64,000 nt of DNA from an uncultured Candidatus Peribacteria bacterium (lineage in GTDB: Bacteria; Patescibacteriota; Gracilibacteria; CAIRYL01), in contig CAZHIF010000003.1 in the NCBI GenBank assembly GCA_964532505.1, positions 21,237 through 85,236 of the forward strand, read 5' to 3'. The notes below the pieces were generated by a model. That model made no database searches. It had not been told where the DNA came from and worked only from the letters and a program-made list of their open reading frames with translations. This document shows positions 58,776 through 64,000 of this stretch, piece after piece. The first letter of the stretch is position 1. Every line of letters begins with the position of its first letter. A program made the translations under genes and the position numbers.

Positions 58776-58827
58776 GCACCAGCTATTTCTCTTGCGGAAA
58801 TGGTTTTGATCAGCTGGTGCTTTTTTT
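58776..58827 (+). terminator. terminator-like hairpin after tRNA-Leu
   Basis: GCACCAGCT (58776-58784) / AGCTGGTGC (58812-58820) is a perfect 9-bp stem followed by TTTTTTT. The loop is unusually long (27 nt). Confidence 0.5.
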
Positions 58828-59019
58828 GAAAAATTTAAGGAGTCTCTGCAAAATCTATCGTAGCCCCTGCCTTCCCCCTGCAGAGGATTCTAATGGTTGG
58901 CTGAGTTCCGAAAAAAATCGGGAGAAGAATTGTAATCTCCACAAAAAAGAGAGAGTATTTGCGTACCCTCTCTTTTTATGAAAAATCGGTATGTTGTGCA
59001 GAAGTTCCTTGGCTATTTT

Positions 59020-60834
59020 TTATTTGAGCGAAGCTAGGAATGGATCTTCATGTTGAGGTTGTGATTGCGTGGGCGCATCGGAAAAACCTTGAGGAGTTGG
59101 AATGCTTGTACGGAGCGAGGCGAGAGTGTCTTCTTCGCGGTGCATTTCTGAGTGGTGTTCCTCTAGTGCTTTTGCTACTTGTGCTCCAGGCGATGGAGTA
59201 GAAGGCAAAAACACTTCTCCTTTGGCATTATCCTGCATTTGAGAAATGAAATCTGCAAAATCATCAATCTGAACTTTTGGCTTTTCAAAACCTTCAAAGT
59301 TTGGTTTTTGGATAGTTTTTTCTGGAAGAGGCATTCCAAAGTTTTCTTGCCCTAATAGCTTCGATTCTTCTTCGCTCAGCGGAAAATCATCTAATAATTC
59401 TTCTTCTGGTTCAGTTTGGGGTGTTTGGGGTGCGTGGTATTCGCTTTCTGGTCGGTAGAAATGTTCTGCTTCCAATGTTTCTTCGTCTTTATTCTCTTCT
59501 TCGTGAGCAATTGGTTCTACTGGTGGTACGGGAGGAGGGGGTGGCATGTTGAGTTCTTCATTTTTTTGTGGAGCTGGTTCTGAAGGAATTTCCGAAGCAT
59601 TTGTTGTTGCGAGAAATGTTTTGATGTTTTGCACAGGTGGAGCAATGCCTAGCCGTGTTGCTTGAAAATTCTTCGCCTCCCACACAATGTCCGAAACGAT
59701 TTCTTCAAAGCTTTTTCCTCCCCAGTCTCGGATTTTAAATCCTGCAGCCTGCTTGTGTCCTCCTCCTCCAAAAAGCTGCGCGAAGGAAACAGAATCGACC
59801 AACGGAGAAGAGCTTCGCACGCTGGTGGAAATAATCCCGTCTTCTCGTTCTTTCACAAGCAGCACGAGCTCTGTTCCGGGGGTAGTGGAAAGCAGTTCGT
59901 CGATGAGTCCATCGGCATCTTCTGATTTTGATTGGGTTTCTTCTAAGTCAATTTTTGATACAGAGCTCCAGATCATTCGATAGATCGGATCGTTTTGAAG
60001 CTTGGTGAGGAGCCGTCCCCACAATCGGAGAGTAGAAAGGTTTTTGGTTTTAAAGAGGTTTTTGATAATTTCCTGATGCCGAGCTCCTTTTTCGATAAGA
60101 TCTGCAGCGATATCAAGAGATCTAGGCGTTGTGTTGGCATGTTGAAAACTTCCTGTATCGGTTAACATTCCTGCCAGCAACAGTGTCGCTACATTTTCAT
60201 CGATATAATTTTTTTCAGTGTCTAAGAGTGGAAGCAATGAATAAATCACTTCGGTGGTGGAACATGCTTTGTAATCTACTAAATTAACATCTCCAAAAAG
60301 AGTATTGGAAATATGATGATCGATATTGATGATAGGGGTTTTTTCGAACAATTCTTGGTTGTCGCTGTATATTTTCCCCAATTGCTGAGTATCTCCAGAA
60401 TCAAGTGTAATGATGAGGTCTGGGCGAAAAGATGTTCCGATAAATGAAAAATCTTTTTCTTCAAATGGTGCTCCGTCAGAAAAAAACAGGATATTCACCT
60501 TTCCGTCTTTCATTTCATATTTTAGATCTTTAAATGATTTTTTATCGGTATTCAGGGAAATCATAAATGCTTTTTCATTGCCTAATATTTTTGGAATATC
60601 ATCCGAAAAAACATCGGTGGATGGCAAAAATGCAAAGCTTTCTGGCACTGGGTCGGTGCAAATGGCGGAAGGGTTTTTTTGTAAATTGCGCAGCACGAGA
60701 TAGAGAGAAAGCGCAGCAGACATTCCATCGCAGTCCATTTTCGCGTGAGGGATTAGCAAAATATTGGTAGCTTTGGAAATAAGCTCGGATGCTTTGGTAA
60801 ACTCTTCGGAGATCATAGAAGAAGTGGCAGACAT
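59020..60834 (-). CDS. DHH/DHHA1 phosphoesterase (NrnA-like) with a roughly 200-aa acidic Pro/Glu-rich C-terminal extension
   Basis: DHH motifs: HAKMDCDGMSA, the LDSGD region, INIDHHISN, and the DHHA1 motif GGGGHKQAAGF. The tail from about residue 400 is PPPPPVPPVEP...EEE-rich. Confidence 0.85.
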   Translation of the reverse strand: MSATSSMISEEFTKASELISKATNILLIPHAKMDCDGMSAALSLYLVLRNLQKNPSAICTDPVPESFAFLPSTDVFSDDIPKILGNEKAFMISLNTDKKSFKDLKYEMKDGKVNILFFSDGAPFEEKDFSFIGTSFRPDLIITLDSGDTQQLGKIYSDNQELFEKTPIINIDHHISNTLFGDVNLVDYKACSTTEVIYSLLPLLDTEKNYIDENVATLLLAGMLTDTGSFQHANTTPRSLDIAADLIEKGARHQEIIKNLFKTKNLSTLRLWGRLLTKLQNDPIYRMIWSSVSKIDLEETQSKSEDADGLIDELLSTTPGTELVLLVKEREDGIISTSVRSSSPLVDSVSFAQLFGGGGHKQAAGFKIRDWGGKSFEEIVSDIVWEAKNFQATRLGIAPPVQNIKTFLATTNASEIPSEPAPQKNEELNMPPPPPVPPVEPIAHEEENKDEETLEAEHFYRPESEYHAPQTPQTEPEEELLDDFPLSEEESKLLGQENFGMPLPEKTIQKPNFEGFEKPKVQIDDFADFISQMQDNAKGEVFLPSTPSPGAQVAKALEEHHSEMHREEDTLASLRTSIPTPQGFSDAPTQSQPQHEDPFLASLK

Positions 60835-61115
60835 GGACGTATTGTGAAAAATGATATATAAAAAGTCTGTTAGGTAATAGTTTTTTGCTATCTAATTATT
60901 ATATAATAAAAAAAATAAAAATGCAAATTATTTTATAGTATTTACACTGTGCTGGTGATAGAGGTATACTCCTTATGCGTAAATCTGGTTAGATTATTGG
61001 GTGATCTTTAACAGAAGAAGGGATTCTTAGTCCTAAATTCTGCAGATTTACGCTGTTTGGTATATTCTTTCTTTTATGAAATGCAAGGTCTATTCGTTGA
61101 AAATACAATACTATT

Positions 61116-62942
61116 ATGAAAGTTTTTTCTCTTGCATTCATCGGCACACACAAATCTCTTCGACATTTGCCAAAGTTTTATGCAGGACAAGAAATTCCTG
61201 AAATTGGTGATTTGGTGGAGGCTCCGCTCAAAAGCGAACGAGGGGAAGGGATTGTGATGTATGTGAGCGAAGAAGAAGACTCAGACTATAAAACCCTTGG
61301 GAAAATCGTGAAAAAAAACGTTTTTTCAAGCAAATATATTGAGTGGCTTTCTCTTTCTGCTCGTCGTTTTTTTTGCCATCCTTCGCTTTTTTTGCAAAAG
61401 ATGTTTTTGCCAAGTGAGAAAAAAAATCTTGCAGAAGCAACATTTCCAACATGTGCCTCAGGTCAATTTTTTTCAGAAGAATTGTTTTTAGGATTTCATT
61501 TTTCTGGGAAAAATCTGGAATTAGTGCAGCGTATAAAAAAAACCTTAGAGCAAAAACTTCCGGTTCTATTTATAGTTCCATCATACCTTGCTCTTTTTCA
61601 AGTCCATAAAAAATTTTCTGAGATTTTTGAACATGCAAATATCGCGACTGTGCATTCTTTTATCACCGAAAAGCAAAAGAAGAAAATTCACAAATCGCTG
61701 GCAAATAATGAAATTGATATTATTATCGGAACCCCTCAGTCCATTTGCCTTCCTTTTTCGCGTCTTGGGCTCATAGTGTTGCATGAATATGCCGATGATT
61801 CGTATGCGGATCTTCTTTCTCCATTTGTGCACTGGGGAGATGTCGCACGCTTGTTTGCCAAGATCTTTTCCATTCCGATGATACTCTCTTCTAATATTGG
61901 CAAAATAGAAGACTTGGCAAATCATGCGCTTCAGAAAAAAGAATTTCCAGAGTTGTTTCCTATGCCGATTACTATCGCCGATATGCGACTAGAAAAAGCT
62001 AATAAAAACGAATTGCCTCTTTCTGCAGTAGCTCTACATGCGATTGGATCCGCATTAGATCGAAAACATCAGAGCATTGTGCACATCAATAGAAAAGGGC
62101 TTCATTGGACGATGATATGTGTCAATTGTGGATATTCTCCTGTTTCTCCGTTTTCTGGGCTCAAAATGGGCGTGTTTCAAAACCAAAAAACAGGTACACA
62201 GTTTCTCAAGTGTTCCACCTCTGGTTACACCGAAAGTTTGAAACTCAAATGTCCAGAATGCCAAGGTGATTGGACGATGGTGGGTTCGGGTACGCAGGAT
62301 GTGGAGCATTTACTGTCGAACTATTTTCCCACAGCAAAGGTAGTGCGTGCAGATAAAGATGTGCTGAGCACCAAGAGAAAAATGGAAGATTTTATCACTC
62401 AAGTAGAATCGAAAAATGTTGATATTATTGTGGGAACGAGTTTTGCGTTGAAAGGATTCGCATTTTCTCATGTTTCCACGGTGGTGGAGGTCAATGCGGA
62501 TCTTGCACTTATGATTCCACAAATTGGAGGAGAGGAGCATGCACTCGGAAAACTTCGCCAGCTGGTGGATAAAATTGGGAATGCAATACATCCTGTTGCC
62601 ATTTTGCAAACGAGTATCCCAACACATCCTGTGTATGCTTTATTGCAGGCGAAATCTGACGATTTGTTGCGCCGATATTTCCCACAGCGACAGCAGTTTT
62701 TTCATCCTCCATTTTCTCGAGTTGTTCGTTTGGTCTCTCGCGCCAAGCGAAAAGAAACAGTAGAAAAGCATCTTGCTGAATATGTTCACACCTATAGTAC
62801 TTGGTTTTTTCATCTCTTTGCGCCTCGCGTACAGTTTTTTGAAAAGACACAAGCCTATGAAGGATTTGTGGAAGGATTTTTACGACCAGAATATGAAGAA
62901 ATGTTGTTTGAGAGTAGGGCGGAGGTGGAAGTGAGGAAGTGA
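61116..62942 (+). CDS. priA: primosomal protein N' (PriA)-like protein with degenerate helicase and Zn-finger motifs
   Basis: Collinear with E. coli PriA as remembered, but four motifs differ. Walker A is HFSGKN (61494-61514) vs GVTGSGKT. DEEH is HEYA (61782-61793). The Cys-rich region retains CVNC and CPEC but not the two middle CxxC pairs. Motif VI is QLVDKIGN vs QVAGRAGR. Confidence 0.75.
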   Translation: MKVFSLAFIGTHKSLRHLPKFYAGQEIPEIGDLVEAPLKSERGEGIVMYVSEEEDSDYKTLGKIVKKNVFSSKYIEWLSLSARRFFCHPSLFLQKMFLPSEKKNLAEATFPTCASGQFFSEELFLGFHFSGKNLELVQRIKKTLEQKLPVLFIVPSYLALFQVHKKFSEIFEHANIATVHSFITEKQKKKIHKSLANNEIDIIIGTPQSICLPFSRLGLIVLHEYADDSYADLLSPFVHWGDVARLFAKIFSIPMILSSNIGKIEDLANHALQKKEFPELFPMPITIADMRLEKANKNELPLSAVALHAIGSALDRKHQSIVHINRKGLHWTMICVNCGYSPVSPFSGLKMGVFQNQKTGTQFLKCSTSGYTESLKLKCPECQGDWTMVGSGTQDVEHLLSNYFPTAKVVRADKDVLSTKRKMEDFITQVESKNVDIIVGTSFALKGFAFSHVSTVVEVNADLALMIPQIGGEEHALGKLRQLVDKIGNAIHPVAILQTSIPTHPVYALLQAKSDDLLRRYFPQRQQFFHPPFSRVVRLVSRAKRKETVEKHLAEYVHTYSTWFFHLFAPRVQFFEKTQAYEGFVEGFLRPEYEEMLFESRAEVEVRK

Positions 62943-63014
62943 GGATACATAATTCACCTTTCCAAAAAATCTCTTTTTTTGTTATGCTTCTGGCGTTTTT
63001 TTAACCATCCCACT

Positions 63015-64000
63015 ATGCTTGACAAATACGAACCAGTGATGGGGCTGGAGATTCATGCCCGACTCAAAACCAAGACGAAAATGTTTTGTAATTGTTCTAA
63101 CGACACGTGGAAAGCAGAGCCGAATGAGCACACTTGCCCTGTGTGTATGGGGTTCCCTGGATCTCTTCCTGTTGTCAATAATCAAGCAGTATATTTGGGG
63201 AGAAAGATGGGGTTGGCACTTGGGTGCTCCCTTCGAAGCCATTCAAAGTTTGATAGAAAAAGCTATTTCTATCCTGATCTTCCCGCTGGGTTTCAAATCT
63301 CTCAATATGATGAACCTGTGGCAGAAAAAGGAGATCTCAAAATTATCGTAAATGGTGAAGAAAAGCATATTCGTATCAATCGGCTTCACTTGGAAAATGA
63401 TGCAGGGAAGCTCACACACGTGGGAGATTCTTCACTTGTCGATTGGAACCGTGCGGGTTCTCCGCTTGCCGAAATGGTAACAGAAGCAGATTTTAGAAGT
63501 CCTGAAGAAGTGTCGGCATTTCTTAAAGAATTGCAAAGAATTTTGCGGCTTTTGGATATTTCTGATGCCGATATGGAAAAAGGGATGATGAGGTGTGATG
63601 TGAACGTTTCGGTTCGTCCTCGAGGGCAAGAAAAATTTGGAACGAAGGTGGAGCTGAAAAACATGAATTCATTTCGGTTTATCGAAAAAGCCTTGTATTT
63701 TGAAATCGATCGACAAATTCATCTATATGAAACAGGAAGGCAAACCGAAATTGTGCAAGAAACTCGGGGGTATGATGCTGATAAAAATAAGACTTTTTCT
63801 CAACGGAGCAAGGAGGAAGCAATGGACTATCGATACTTTCCAGAGCCCGATTTGCCACCGCTCACCATTTCGCAAGCCGAAATTGATGCTTTGCAATTAG
63901 AAATTCCAGAATTGCCTGCCACTACCATTCAGCGATATATGGCTTCTGGACTCACTTTTGTGGAAGCAGAAATTATTGTAAACGATGAGACGAACAAAAC
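63015..64000 (+). CDS. gatB: Asp-tRNA(Asn)/Glu-tRNA(Gln) amidotransferase subunit B, N-terminal 328 codons (runs off the 3' edge)
   Basis: My translation from the ATG at 63015 gives MLDKYEPVMGLEIHARLKTKTKMFCNCS...CPVCMGFPGSLPV...DRKSYFYPDLPAGFQISQ...RLHLENDAGK...NRAGSPLAEMV...RCDVNVS...KNMNSFR...YFPEPDLPP. It is absent from the ORF track only because no stop codon lies within the window. Confidence 0.9.
   Translation, partial: MLDKYEPVMGLEIHARLKTKTKMFCNCSNDTWKAEPNEHTCPVCMGFPGSLPVVNNQAVYLGRKMGLALGCSLRSHSKFDRKSYFYPDLPAGFQISQYDEPVAEKGDLKIIVNGEEKHIRINRLHLENDAGKLTHVGDSSLVDWNRAGSPLAEMVTEADFRSPEEVSAFLKELQRILRLLDISDADMEKGMMRCDVNVSVRPRGQEKFGTKVELKNMNSFRFIEKALYFEIDRQIHLYETGRQTEIVQETRGYDADKNKTFSQRSKEEAMDYRYFPEPDLPPLTISQAEIDALQLEIPELPATTIQRYMASGLTFVEAEIIVNDETNK

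Overview
This is an AT-rich, tightly packed bacterial chromosomal window read with the standard genetic code. Several convergent genes abut or overlap by 4 nt, and most start codons lack a GGAGG-like Shine-Dalgarno tract. The housekeeping backbone is der, topA, a two-OB-fold ssb, pheS, dapD, trpS, hflX, hisH, rpsF-rpsR-rpmE, tRNA-Lys(CTT), rpsA, a 23S-5S rRNA operon with no 16S upstream, map, rsmG, a serA/serC/serB cluster, tRNA-Leu(GAG), a DHH (NrnA-like) phosphoesterase, a PriA-like protein, and gatB. gatB runs off the 3' edge and is therefore missing from the ORF track. Two ORFan islands are interleaved with this backbone. Island 1 (10152-16859, + strand) encodes a membrane-anchored cohesin-like/FN3-like surface protein followed by a 1757-aa protein whose only recognisable motif is one HEXXH. 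Island 2 (19845-29226, - strand) is a four-gene operon of 1516, 663, 378 and 530 aa with no recognisable catalytic or NTPase motifs but several Gly/Ala-rich membrane segments. It is divergently paired with a cassette of three small exported proteins (29354-30729), two of which have VirB2/TrbC pilin-like topology. Island 2 plus the pilin cassette is my best candidate for an undescribed envelope or cell-contact system. Other oddities:
- a PEP-carboxylase-like protein with degenerate catalytic loops
- a PriA homolog with degenerate Walker A/B motifs and Zn-finger
- a PD-(D/E)XK-like protein carrying a perfect 3 x 21-nt tandem repeat
- a roughly 55-nt intergenic element present twice
- tandem CAATATTG palindromes
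- an apparent expansion segment in 23S domain III
Gene content and style suggest an uncultivated, reduced-genome bacterium, possibly CPR/Patescibacteria-like. That placement is inference only. All homology calls come from motif recognition by eye; no searches were run.
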